Shown here in pieces: positions 49,961 to 62,180 of a DNA stretch of 64,000 nucleotides (positions within the stretch are counted from its first letter, which is position 1; the number at the start of each line of letters is the position of its first letter). Origin of the DNA: Gekko japonicus (lineage: Eukaryota). The notes under the pieces were generated by a model that saw only the letters and a list, made by a program, of their open reading frames with translations, was not told where the DNA came from and made no database searches. A program made the translations under genes and the position numbers. The stretch covers positions 616,338 to 680,337 of the forward strand of contig NW_015165855.1 in the NCBI RefSeq assembly GCF_001447785.1, given 5' to 3'.

Positions 49961-51421
49961 CAGCACAGGTGATAGCATGGATCCTAGAGTATTCTACAGA
50001 AGAGTCTCCAGGCTGAGGATCTGAAACACCCAGTGGAATCACTCTGCTACTCGTGTGACATTAAAGATCCAAATCATCACAGAATGGATCACATCATACA
50101 TCAAACACATCACACATCAAACTATTGCTCCAAATAGTTGAACAAGATAGCATAATCAACAGTTATCAAAATTGACTGATTAATTCAAAAAAACCCACAA
50201 GGATTCATTACTGTCCGTTTGTACCCATAGATCAGGGGATAGGCAATCTTTCCATCCCAGGTGCTGAAAAAAATGTAACATGACTGTAACTGGACAAGTT
50301 TCAGCTGATAAAATGCTGCCTTCATTTCTATAGAACATTCAGTAAACTCCAGTTCACACAACAATAAGGGGGAGTGTGTGTGCCTGCGTGTTTGGGTGTA
50401 TGTGTGTCCTTCTCCCACACCATGCACAGAAGACAACATGGGGAACAGGCATTCAATGTGGAGACCTGGTCCTATGAAGACACAATTATCCACTTGTTTT
50501 GAGAGAGAAGAATCATGCAGATCAGACCACCATGTGCATGGACCTCTCTGTGGAATATCTGGGGCACACAGTTTTTAAAGTGGGAGGTAGAGGAGCAAGT
50601 GCCTACTCACAATCGAATAATTACTTTGATATTTGGCAATAAGGATCAGATTACTGGGTGATAACGAGAATATAAACATGAAGGCAGTTAGTGGAAGTGT
50701 GTGTGTGGGGGGAGCCTAGTATGTGAGAAGTCATTGTAAGGTAAATCCTGATAATTAAATTCACCGAATGTATTAGCCTACAGGTTTTCTTTACCAGCCT
50801 GCTTTACCATATAACTTACCAAAATTAAAGTGCACATTGATAGATTGGGGGGGGGGGATCAAACCATAATCTGTCACTGAATTAGAAATGCATTTGTGGG
50901 CTAGATTGCCTCAGGTTGGTGACTAATTCTAATTCTCCATATGGGAAATCTAACATCAGTCAGAAAGTTTGTAGAATGTGCACTCAATTGAGATAATATT
51001 CTTTATTGTTCATAATTTATTATTCAGATATGGTAGTTATGTTTTTAGTCTTATGTTCATATTTATACTGATTTTTTTTTTTAAATAAGAGTGTTACCTC
51101 AACTGAGTACCCATTCCTGCAGGCTAAACTGCTACAATCCTAACATAGATTTAGCACCTCACAAAGTTAGAGGATGTTTACATACCCAACATAAAAAGGA
51201 ATAACCTTTTTTTTAAGTCCCCCTTTGAATATCCAGTGACAAGTCAAAGAAAATAGAGCCCAAGAAATGCAAAAGGAATGAAGAAAAGGCTAGATAAAGA
51301 CATAATAATGAGATCATTTTGCTAATCACCAAAGAGCAAAGACTGATGGGAAATAGTGATTGAAATTAACACATATGAGAGAAAAAAATGAAAATCTTGT
51401 GAAACAATTTTTTTAGCTCAC

Positions 51422-53845
51422 CTGGATTATGATCAGATCCCCACTATTCAAATTTAAATCCTCAGCAGCTTGGATAGGATCTTTTACTTCACCAGTCAAC
51501 GGATTAGTCAGAGTATCAGAATTATTTGTCTTGGAAATGTTGAACTGGCTTTTCCTAGAGTCTGCAGTGAGAGAAACCTCTTGGCAATAGGAGTGAAGAA
51601 AGGCTCGGACTCCATCAATCCCCACAAACTGTGAGACAGGAACACCACTGAAATTCATACTCCCTGAATGACACAGCTGAGAAGTTCTCCACCTGTGCAA
51701 CCTGATGGCCAGTAAAACAAGGAGGAAGGTGAAAAACAAGCAGGAGACAAAAGCCACAGCAACCACCAGGTAGAAGGTGAGGTCCGACTGGGGGTCTGCA
51801 GGAGCTGAGATGCTGCTAATATCAGAGAGGCTTTCAGGGATGCTGTCGGCCAGCACCACAGTGACCGTGACTGAGGCAGACAGAGGGGGCTGCCCACTGT
51901 CCTTCACTAAAACCACCAGGCTTTGCTTGAGAGCATCCTTGTCCAGAAAGAAACGGGCTGTCCTGATCTCCCCAGTGTGGAGTCCTATGGAGAAGAGCCC
52001 TGGCTCTGTGGCCTTGAGTAGCTGATAGGAGAGCCAGGCATTCTGCCCAGAGTCTCGATCCACTGCCACCACTTTAGTGACCAGGTATCCAGGCTCAGAA
52101 GAGTGGGGGGCCAACTCTATCCCTGTGGAACCATCAGTGGGAGGGGAAGGGTATAAGATTTCTGGAGCATTGTCATTCTGATCAAGGATGAAGACAGTCA
52201 CTGAGACATTGGAGCTGAGTGGTGGGGAGCCTCCATCTTGGGCCCTGATTAGGAACGGAATCTCCCGGAATTCTTCATAATCAAAGGAATTCAGTGCATA
52301 GACTTCCCCTGATTCAGAATTAATAGATAAGTAAGAAGAGGGAGGGGGGATTTTCATGACTCCTTCCACGATGGAATATGTTATTCTGGCATTTTCTTCC
52401 CAGTCGGGGTCGCTGGCTTTTAAAGCGAAGATCAAAGCTCCTCTCAGATTATTTTCTATGACATAAAATGTATAGCTTGATTCTGTAAAGAGGGGTGGGT
52501 TGTCATTTGTGTCTAACACCTGGAGTGAAATAACAGTAGATGTAAGGAGTGGTGGAGTCCCGTGATCAGTAGCTGTAACAGTAATATTATAAGATGGTAC
52601 CTGTTCCCTGTCAAGAGCTCTGTCTGTCACTAAGGAGTAAAAACTGTCTATTGATTTCTTCAGTTGGAAAGGGAAGTTGTTGGGAATGAAGCATTTAATT
52701 TCCCCACTGAGTCCTGAATCTCTATCTTGTACGTTTAAGATAGCAATAACTGTTCCAGCTGGTGAGTTCTCAGGGATTGAACTGATTACAAAGGTCACTG
52801 CTAATTCTGGTGCGTTATCATTCAGATCTATAACAGAGACCACAACTTTTGATGTGTCACTCAGCCCTCCCCCGTCAGTGGCCTGTACCTCAAGTTGGTA
52901 TAAGGATGACGCTTCGTAGTCCAGGGTCTCTTTTAGGATTATTTCTCCTGTTGTGGAATTCAGCAGAAAATTTTTGGAATACTTATCTGTGATTTTTTGA
53001 AAGGAGTATTTGATCTCTCTGTTGATTCCCTCATCCTGATCGGTAGCTCGTACCGTACAGACTGTAGACCCTTTAGGAATATTCTCCATGACACTTGCTT
53101 CATAGATTGACTGGTTGAAAACTGGTGCATTGTCATTTGCATCTAGAACTATAACTTGGATTTGAGCACTGCCGGATCTTACTGGATCGCCCCCATCGGT
53201 AGCTGTGAGGATGAGGTCATGAACTGCTTGTTCCTCCCTGTCCAGATTTTTTTCCAACACCAGCTCTGCATGCTTAATGCCATTTTCTTCCATTTGCACA
53301 TCCAAAGAAAAATGGCTGCTGCCTGAAAGTCGGTAGTTCTGTATTGAATTTATACCCAGATCTGGATCTTGAGCTTTGGGGAGAAGAAGTCGGTCTCCAA
53401 GGGTAGCAGTCTCACTGATTTTCAATTTCCATTCCATTGGCATGAATTGGGGAGCATTATCATTTATATCTGTAATTTCCACCTCAACTCCAAGAAGCTC
53501 TAATTTGCTTTCAATAATAAGCTGAAACTTTAGGATGCATTTCTCTACCTCGCCACAGATTTCCTCTCGGTCTATTCTCTCAGAGGTTTGCAAATGGCCA
53601 TTGTGGATATTGAAAGCAAAATACTGAATCCTACCTATAGTGGGGACAATGCGGAGTCCATGGTTGGGAAGTCGTCTCCTGTCCATTCCCAGATCTTTTG
53701 CAACATCCCCCACGAAAGATCCTTTCTGCATCTCCTCTGGAATGGAATAGCGGATCTGTGCAGAAACTGCCTTCCAAACATATACCATAAGAAGGCATTG
53801 CAGGATTTCTCCTTTGTAGCTCCACAAATTCTGAGTTTTTGGCAT
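51422..53845 (-). CDS. PCDHGA: Protocadherin gamma-A-like variable exon
   Basis: ORF 51413-53920; first ATG at 53845 (MPKTQNLWSY). gA motifs VDRDSGQNAWLSY, DALKQSLVV, EVSLTADSRKS. Donor CAG|GTGAGC at 51422. Confidence 0.96.
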
Positions 53846-54018
53846 TCTCCTTAAGCACGATAATAGCACAAATGATTTTCTTGGCTCCACAAATCTTGCA
53901 TTCAAATGTTTCCTAAGCAAATGCCCCTCTGTTTCACAGTGCGTCTTCTCAGCTTTTTCTGCTGGTTGGGGAAAAAAATAGCAGAGCTGGTCTGCTGGAT
54001 ATTTCAGTTCTCTTCGTT

Positions 54019-54043
54019 ATTGGTGAGCAGCGACACCATGAGG
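54019..54043 (-). promoter_or_regulatory. Pcdh CSE/CTCF element (CGCT plus CCAAT)
   Basis: ATTGGTGAGCAGCGACACCATGAGG, 174 bp from the ATG. Confidence 0.85.
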
Positions 54044-54676
54044 CTTAAACGGAAACTTGAAAAATCTCATTTGGAATACTGAACACATGTTTGCTACTAT
54101 GAAATTCTAATTTTGCTTATTTAGAATATACCTTCTTTGTACCCATGAACCAAAAATAAAAATGTCAAGCAAGCAACATCACCAGACTGATAAAAAAAAA
54201 TCAGCTTTAGATGTTTCCCAGCATAGAAAGTGGAAATGTTATTGCATATATATCTGGAAAATTTATTTAGCCTTCTGCAGCTATTTGCAAAGAACACAGC
54301 AGACATGCTCCTTTCCCTTCTGTATCTTCATTTTTTAAACTCCCAAATCAGTGGTCTTTCTGTTAACCTAGGAATACTGAATACTACAGCCCTTTAAAAT
54401 GCATATGAATGAGCATGCGACAATCAAATATCTGGTGGGTTATTATGAATTATTACACACAACTCAGCTCTTCTCAGCTCGTTTTCACTTGCATCTCTCT
54501 TCTGCTTTCTCTCTCTTGCTTCGGCAGATCCCACCTCCTTCATTTCCTCATGAAACTCTCACCTCCCACATATGCTCTGACTTCCTCTGATTATGCACAG
54601 ATCTATTTCTCTCAGTAAAGTCTTCCATATCAGTCAAAGCTACCTGGGAACTGTTTATTCAAGATACAGCTCCATG

Positions 54677-55069
54677 CAGGGCTATTTTTGGGCAGGAACA
54701 CACAGGAACGGAGTTCCGTCTGGCTCCCAAGTTGGCCACACCCAGCAGGAACATTAGCATAATAGGCCACACCCAGCAGCAGAAACTCATTAGGATTGGC
54801 TACATTAGAGGTGTGTGGCCTAACATGCAAAGGAGTTCCTGCTACAAAAAAGCCCTGGGTTTTGACAACAAACAAGGTAAACAGAATAACAAGCAAAAGG
54901 TGGGTGTGGCTGGATAACCACGCTTCTGGTAACACGGGGGTGTGGCCTATAATGCCGATGAGCTGTGCTGTCAGGGGTGTGGCCTAATATGCTAATAAGT
55001 TTCTGCTGTTGGGTGTGGCCTATTATGCTAATGAGTTCCTGCTGGGCTTTTTCCACAAAAAAAGCCCCG
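54677..55069. mobile_element. hAT-type MITE (same family as 15543)
   Basis: CAGGGCTATTTTTG TIR; 8-bp TSD GCTCCATG. Confidence 0.88.
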
Positions 55070-56428
55070 GCTCCATGCAACTGAGCACAGTGTATGAATG
55101 GTGCACTATGAGGGGTGGATGGGTCACTTGGTTATCATGTGATCTGCCCCACCTCTGCTTTGCATCGTTCACATACAGCCCTCAGTTGTATGGAATGACC
55201 TGGGGAAAGAGCTGCTTTCCGTGAAGCTGCATGCCTGCAGTCCTCATTACTTGGGGACTCTGTTTTTGTTTTCCTCCCACCCACGATCCCATTTGCTCTG
55301 GTTCTCCTTCTTCAGCTCCCATGTAATGGCCAGTCTTGGTTCCTAGTTTGAAAATAGGGTGGCCATACACTTTCAGTCATAGTGGTAACCAGGGGTCATT
55401 TCGCAGAAAAATAGGTGCAGGAGCTCATTAGCATAACTTATTTGCATATGCCACACCCCCTGACATCACCGGAAGTGTGTCAGAAGGCAACATTCACTGC
55501 TCAGGCTCCACTGGACTGTTCTGGAGGGGTATTGGGGGGGGGGTAATGTACAGATCTGTCCTGGCAGAGGAGGGAGAGCTTGTACCTGAATAAAACCTGG
55601 TCTTAAAGGTGCCACTGGACTGTTTTGGACGGGGGGGGGGGGCTCTGCAACTTACCTGGCTGATTCTTGCTCTGACTGAGGGCTGCTGGGAGCAGAGGGT
55701 GGGGCTTGTTGCGTGTGCCTGCCCCCTGGGCTCTTTACTGCTGAAGCTCCGCTCCTGTGCGCTCCTGCAGGAAATGACCCCTGGTGGTAACCGATTCAAG
55801 GAACTAAGAAAGCAAAGTGCCAGATTTATACCTTTGGCCATCCTTGGGTCAGCGGATATTAGTGCTGGTACATAGATACCTCAGATCCTTGTTCTGAAGC
55901 AACAGACGTACCTGATACTGAGGGCGTCAAGAAATCACTGTCTTTACCACACCACTGCATTCTAGGATCAAAAGTTTGAACCTTTCATGTCTACACCAAG
56001 GAACTAATTAGCTCACCTGTTCCCCAGACATTGCTGGATTCTTGCTATATTTCAGTACGAATAGAACCTAGAGCTTAGTGACTCAAAACGAACCCATGGA
56101 ACTCAGGCCACAGAAATATTAACTGAAGGCTAATTGGCTAATTGTCTTTGAAACAAAGGTATTGAAAGGTCTTCCAAAGCTCTGGTGCAATGAGAAGGCC
56201 CTGCCAGTTCAGCCTCTCTGTAAGATATTGGTTGCAGCAGGTCCTTTTCAACAGGTCTTAAATCCTGAGGTGGGCAATCAAATGGGAGCAGGGGCTCCTG
56301 ACATGTGTAGGTCAGGATGCCATTTTCCAGGTGGTAGCTGGAGACCTCCTGGAATTACTGCTGGTGTCCAGGTTACAGAGATCAATTCCCCTGGAGAAAA
56401 TGGTTGCTTTGGAAGGTGGAGTCTACAG

Positions 56429-56851
56429 CAGGGGTGTCAAACATGCAACCCGGGGGCCAGATCAGGCCCCCAGAGGGCTTCCATCAGGCCCGCAGAGGAA
56501 CTGGCCATCTCCTGCTTCCAGTTCTGCTGCTGCTGCTGCATCATAGCTTGCTTCACCAGACTCTCTTAACCACTCAGCCATTTCATGTTTTAATCTGGGC
56601 CCTAGACTCAGAACTCTGAACATGAGATTTCTGTGGTGAATGTCAATAAATCCAAAGCACTTTTACAGCTTACAGAGCTAATGTTTTAAGCATGTCTTTA
56701 AGTTAAAAAAAACAACCTTTGTGTTTGCATCCTTTATAAAGTTTATATCTCCGCTACCTGGCATTACCTTTTATGACACACGTGGCCCGGCCCAACGAGG
56801 TCTCATTTATGTCAGATCCGGCCCTCATAATAAATGAGTTTGACACCCCTG
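56429..56851. mobile_element. hAT/Charlie-like MITE nested in an older MITE (about 56310-56950)
   Basis: TIRs CAGGGGTGTCAAAC / GTTTGACACCCCTG; 8-bp TSD GTCTACAG; host resembles 58074-58292. Confidence 0.87.
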
Positions 56852-58073
56852 GTCTACAGCATTATACCTCACTCTCCCCAAACCCTGCCCTCCCCAGGCT
56901 CCATCCCCAAAATCTCCATGATTTTCCCAACCTAATGCTGGCAGCCCTATATGCAAGACCCAGATCGCATGTAGTTTTAAAGGCCAAAGCCAACACTTTG
57001 AATTTCACCTAGAGACAAAGCGATATCCAGGACAGCTGTTCAAGAACTGGAGTTACATGAGGCTGGATCCCACACATCTGCCGCACTAATGGCGGTGCCT
57101 TCCTCCAGTTCCAGCTGATTTCTGCATCAGAGAAGGGGCACGCACACACACAACAAATGAGCTGCTGTTAGTGGGGTGGATCTCGAAGGGTTCAGCCCAT
57201 GGTTTTGTCAAATGCCACCAAACTATGACACTTTACACTAGCTGAAGGTTTTGGAATGTCTTCATAGAGTACATCATCATAATCTAGAGGTCCCTAGGAC
57301 ATGGACCTTAGTGACTGAAAGACATGGTCTTCCAGAAAAGGGTAGACCTACCAAATGACTTCAAGCAGAAAGATGGACCCCTGCCCCATAGGAGTTAAGC
57401 AGAATCTAGAATGCCCCTCTGCCTAGTGTGAACTTGGTCCATCAAAGAGAGTGTAATCCTGCTCAGGACAGAGCTTTTGCCTTCTAACCAATTTGCCAAG
57501 AACCCGTCTAACATCAATTCTGTCTTATCTGAACTGAGCTTGAGTTTATTCACACATCTGCTCCATAACTGAGCTCAGAGATGCCACCCAGGTGACATAA
57601 CAAGCCCTACCAGCTGAGGCAGTATCTGACCAGGTGACCCACAGATCCAACACAGCTTCACCTGGCTCTATAAAACCTCAGCATCGGGCCTGCTCTTCAT
57701 TCTAAACAATTTGCCTCCTACCAAATTTAGCTTCTGCTTCTTTCCTTAGATTACCTGCTGCTTTGAGAACCTGATCTTTGCCTGACTTCGCCATGCTACT
57801 TGCCTCTGGGTCCTACCTGGCTTACAGCTCCCCTCCCCTCTAGAGGATTAGCAAATTTATCGTTTGGGATGCTGATGACCAGAAAATGAAATAATTGGCT
57901 AGGGCCATCATGCCTCGTGGTATAGCAAATTGCAAATGACTTGCTCAGTCTCCACTTGAAACTCATTCCTGGATATTGATTCTTTAGATGAGATGGCGGG
58001 AAATCTGTGAATGACTCTTCCATGGAGCCCCAACTTGGAATGAGGTCAACAGGTGTGCCAGGAGGGCTGTAAC

Positions 58074-58292
58074 TAGGGCTGCCAAACTCCTAGTGACACC
58101 TGGAAATCTCCCACCATTACACTTGATCTCCAGATGACCAAGATCAGTTCCCCTGGAGAAAATGGCTGCTTTGGAAGGATGACTCTGTGGCATTATACCC
58201 TACTGAGATCTGTCCCCTTCCCAAACCCCACCTTCCCCAGGCTCCCCACCCCATATCTCCAGGTATTTCCCAACCCAGAACTGGCAACCCTA
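58074..58292. mobile_element. hAT-type MITE (TAGGGYTGCCA termini)
   Basis: TAGGGCTGCCA / TGGCAACCCTA; flanking CTGTAAC duplication. Confidence 0.78.
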
Positions 58293-58456
58293 CTGTAACC
58301 CATTCCCCGCCTTCCCCCATGTATCATTTTTACAAGTTTTATCTTGTCTTCTTCCAAGGAGCTCAAAGCATTGTACATGGTACTCTACTCCTTTATTTTA
58401 ATCTGACAACAATCCTGTGAGATTAAGTTATGCTGAGAGACAATATATGTCCCAAG

Positions 58457-58662
58457 CAATGCTCCCTATAAGCTGTGGAGTCTTGTGAGCAAAAATTCTA
58501 ATTTGTGAGCTAATGGCATTAAGGTTATGAGCAAGCGACTTGACTACTGCATAAATTAGTGTGCTTTGGAGCCATCCTTCCTGAGCCAAGACAAAAATGT
58601 GTGAGCCGGAAGCTAAAAAACTGTGAGCTAGCTCACACTAACTCATCTTATAGGGAACACTG
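58457..58662. mobile_element. hAT-type MITE (same family as 19560)
   Basis: 8-bp TSD GTCCCAAG; matching TIRs. Confidence 0.88.
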
Positions 58663-59552
58663 GTCCCAAGATGACTGAGTGACCTCAATGCCCGTGTTGG
58701 AATTTGGATTTCCTTATTCCTATCCCAACTCTTTAAGCACTATATACCACACTTTTTATTTGCTCGTGGAATAAACAGCAGCTCTAGAAGTCTTACTTTA
58801 CGAAATTAGCCCAGGAAAAAGGGTTAGTACCTTGTACACCACAGCCCCAAATCCAAATTGTCCACCGTAACTTCTATTTCTACAAAAGGCAGATATGTTC
58901 ATGGATTTTGTTAGGTCATTCGCTAATTACAGAACTCCGGGAGCATGCAGGTAGTACACATGAGGTAAGTCTACCTCCTGAAAGAAACACTGTCCCTAAG
59001 TCATTCAAGGTCCAAAAACTCATTTCCTATGTGAGACACAAATCGTTATTTCATTTATTCACTTGAAGTGTTTTTATCCTGCCAGGCTGGTCAATTCAAG
59101 CTCATAGGCTGGCTAACTGACCAAGAAATGAAACAATATATAAAAATTACTACAACAGTATAACTGAAATTACACCATCTACATACATTTTACTTTGGCT
59201 CTGCTTAGCTGACTCACTGAGTCCATTGTGATCTCTAAGGCAAAATTGTCCCTACATCCCTGTTTGTGAGATTTCTATCCCTTCGATCTTTTGTCTCTTG
59301 GTGGAAGAATCTTTGGAGTCTTCAACATAAAAAGTAATAAACAGCACATCTAATGCCATGCCCTGCTGTCAGACATTGGATGTTAACATTTTTAGAGACA
59401 GAAAGAAGAATATGGACAAAGCAATAGCTACAGTACCAGCAAAGATTTGCAAATAACTAGAAAACAAAGGCAGATAAAGAAACACCCTTGAAATCAGAGT
59501 ACATGCCCATACCATGAAAGAAAACCTCATGAATGTAAAATTCTTATCTTAC

Positions 59553-61967
59553 CTGGACTATGATCAGATCTCCACTACTCAAATTAGAATCATCATCAGC
59601 TTTGATATGATCACTAGTCAACTGATTTTTCAGAGTATTGGAATAGTTTGCCTTGGAAATGTTGAACTGGCTTTTCCTGGAGTCTGTGGTGAGAGAAACC
59701 TCTTGGCAATAGGAGTGAAGAAATGCTCGGACTCCATCAATCCCCACAAACTGTGAAACAGGGACTCCACTGAAATTCATACTCCCGGAATCACAAAACT
59801 GAGAATTCCTCCATCTGCGAAGTCTGAGTGCCAGTAAAACAAGAAGGGAGGTGAAAAACAAGCAGGAGACAAAAGCCACAGCAACCACCAGGTAGAAGGT
59901 GAGGTCTGACTGGGGGTCTGAAGGAGTTGAGATGCTGCTAATATCAGAGAGGCTTTCAGGGATGCTGTCGGCCAGCACCACAGTGACCGTGACTGAGGCA
60001 GACAGAGGGGACTGCCCATTGTCCTTCACTAAAACCACCAGGCTTTGCTTGAGAGCATCCTTGTCCAGAAAGAAACGGGCCGTCCTGATCTCTCCAGTGT
60101 GGAGTCCTATGGAGAAGAGCCCTGGCTCTGTGGCCTTGAGTAGCTGATAGGAGAGCCATCCATTCTGGCCAGAGTCTGCATCTACTGCCACCACCTTAGT
60201 GACCAGGTAGCCAGGCTCAGAGGAGCGAGGGGCCAGCTCTATCCCAGTGGAACCATCAGTGGGAGGGGAAGGGTACAAAATTTCTGGGGCATTGTCATTC
60301 TGATCCAGAATGAAGAGAGTCACTGAAATATTGGAGCTGAGTGATGGAGATCCACCATCTTGTGCCCGGACCAGGAAGTTAATTTCTCGGAACTCTTCGT
60401 AATCAAAAGAACTCACAGCATAAATAATTCCAGTTTCAGAATTAATGGACAGGAAGGAAGAGAGGGCAAAATCACCCATCTGACCTTTTATAATGGAATA
60501 CTTTATCCTGGAGTTCTCTTCCGAATCTGGATCATCTGCCTTGAGTGAGAAGACAGAAGCACCTCTTTGGTTATTCTCCATGAGGTAGAAGATATAGGAT
60601 GATTGGGGGAAGAGGGGAGGATTGTCATTTGTGTCTAAAATTTGTAGTGGAATGATTACGGTAGTAGAAAGGGAGGGTGTCCCATGGTCTTTGGCTGTGA
60701 TCGTAATGTTGTATGCTTCCATCTGTTCCCTGTCAAGGGCATCAACTGTCACCAAACTGTAGAAGTTACCAATAGATTTTTTCAGCTGAAAAGGGAGATT
60801 TTGGGAAATTAAACATGTGACTTCACCATTAATTCCTGAATCTTGATCTTCTACATTTAAAATAGCAACAACAGTTCCAGTGGGTGAGTTCTCATTGATG
60901 GAGTTTGTGTGAAAGGAAACTGCTAATTCAGGGGCATTATCATTCAGATCTGTTACTGTGATCTCAACTTTTGCTCTGTCAAACAGTCCTCCATAGTCCT
61001 CAGCATGCACCTCCAATTCATAAAAGGATGATACCTCAAAGTCAATATCCCCCATGACTGTTATTGTACCAGTTGTTGAGTTTAAAAGAAACATTTGTGA
61101 GTCCTTCTTGGTGGCTTTTTTGAAGAAGTATTTCAGCTCTCCATTGATGCCTTCATCCAGATCAACAGCTCTAACTCTACAGACTGTGGTCTCCTTGGGA
61201 ATATTCTCCTCTATGCTCACTGCATAGAGTGGTTGACTGAAGACTGGTGCATTGTCATTCGCATCTAAAACAACAACTTTGATTTGAGCAGTGCCAGTCC
61301 TAACTGGATCACCACCATCAGTAGCTGTGAGGACTAGTTCATACATTGATTGCTCTTCCCTGTCGAGATTTTTTTCCAGCACCAGCTCAACATGCCTGGC
61401 ACCATTTTCGCTCATTTTCACATCCAGAGAAAAATGGCTGCTCCCTGTGAGCTGGTAGCTCTGCACAGAATTCATGCCAAGATCTTGATCTTGAGCCTCA
61501 GGGAGAGGAAACAGGGACCCTTGAATAGACATTTCATTGATTTTCAGTTCTTGTTCCCCAGGAGGGAACTGAGGAGCATTGTCATTTATATCTGTAATTT
61601 CCACTTCAACTCCATACAGTTTTCTTTTACTTTCAACAATAACCTGAAAGTTTAAGATGCATTTCTCTGCCTGTCCACAGATTGCTTCTCTGTCTATTCT
61701 CTCAGAGGTCTGTAAATGACCATTGTTGGAATTCAAAGAAAAATACTGAACCTTACCTATAGCAGGTATAATGCGGAGTCCATGATCTGAAAGTTGCTTC
61801 CCTTCTGTTCCTAGATCCTTTGCAATATTCCCCACAAAAGATCCTTTCTGCATCTCCTCTGGAATAGAGTAGTGGATTTGTGCATAAGCTGCCTTCCAGG
61901 CATATACCATAAGAAAGCATTGCAGGATCCCCTCCTTATAGCTCCATAACCTCTGCTTTTCTTCCAT
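59553..61967 (-). CDS. PCDHGA: Protocadherin gamma-A-like variable exon
   Basis: ORF 59544-62003; first ATG at 61967 (MEEKQRLWSY). Six EC repeats, gA motifs. Donor CAG|GTAAGA at 59553. Confidence 0.96.
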
Positions 61968-62138
61968 GCTCCAGTAGATCAGTGAGTCCCAGTTCTGGTT
62001 CAAAAGATCTTATTTTTTTCCGTAAGCAAAACGTACCTCCGTTCCCCTTCTTATGGCAGGACCCCACTCATTCTCTCAGTTATTTTGAGTATAGGAACAG
62101 CAATGCTGCAATGACTTGGATAGCTCATTTCGTTCCTT

Positions 62139-62180
62139 ATTGGTGAACAGCGACACCAAGGGGCTCAACCAAAAACAGCA
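62139..62180 (-). promoter_or_regulatory. Pcdh CSE/CTCF element (CGCT plus CCAAT)
   Basis: ATTGGTGAACAGCGACACCAAGGGG...AACAGCA, 172 bp from the ATG. Confidence 0.85.

Noticed and set aside
53846-53920. N-terminal ORF extensions from non-ATG starts (also 11090-11125 and 61968-62003)
   Set aside because: ORF-finder alternative starts; the first ATGs fit signal-peptide position and CSE spacing.
233-61655. Many short ORFs overlapping Pcdh exons, some repeated (e.g. 4207-4419 and 21570-21782; 31684, 51777 and 59899)
   Set aside because: Antisense or alternate-frame shadows of cadherin codons; recurrence reflects homogenized paralog DNA.
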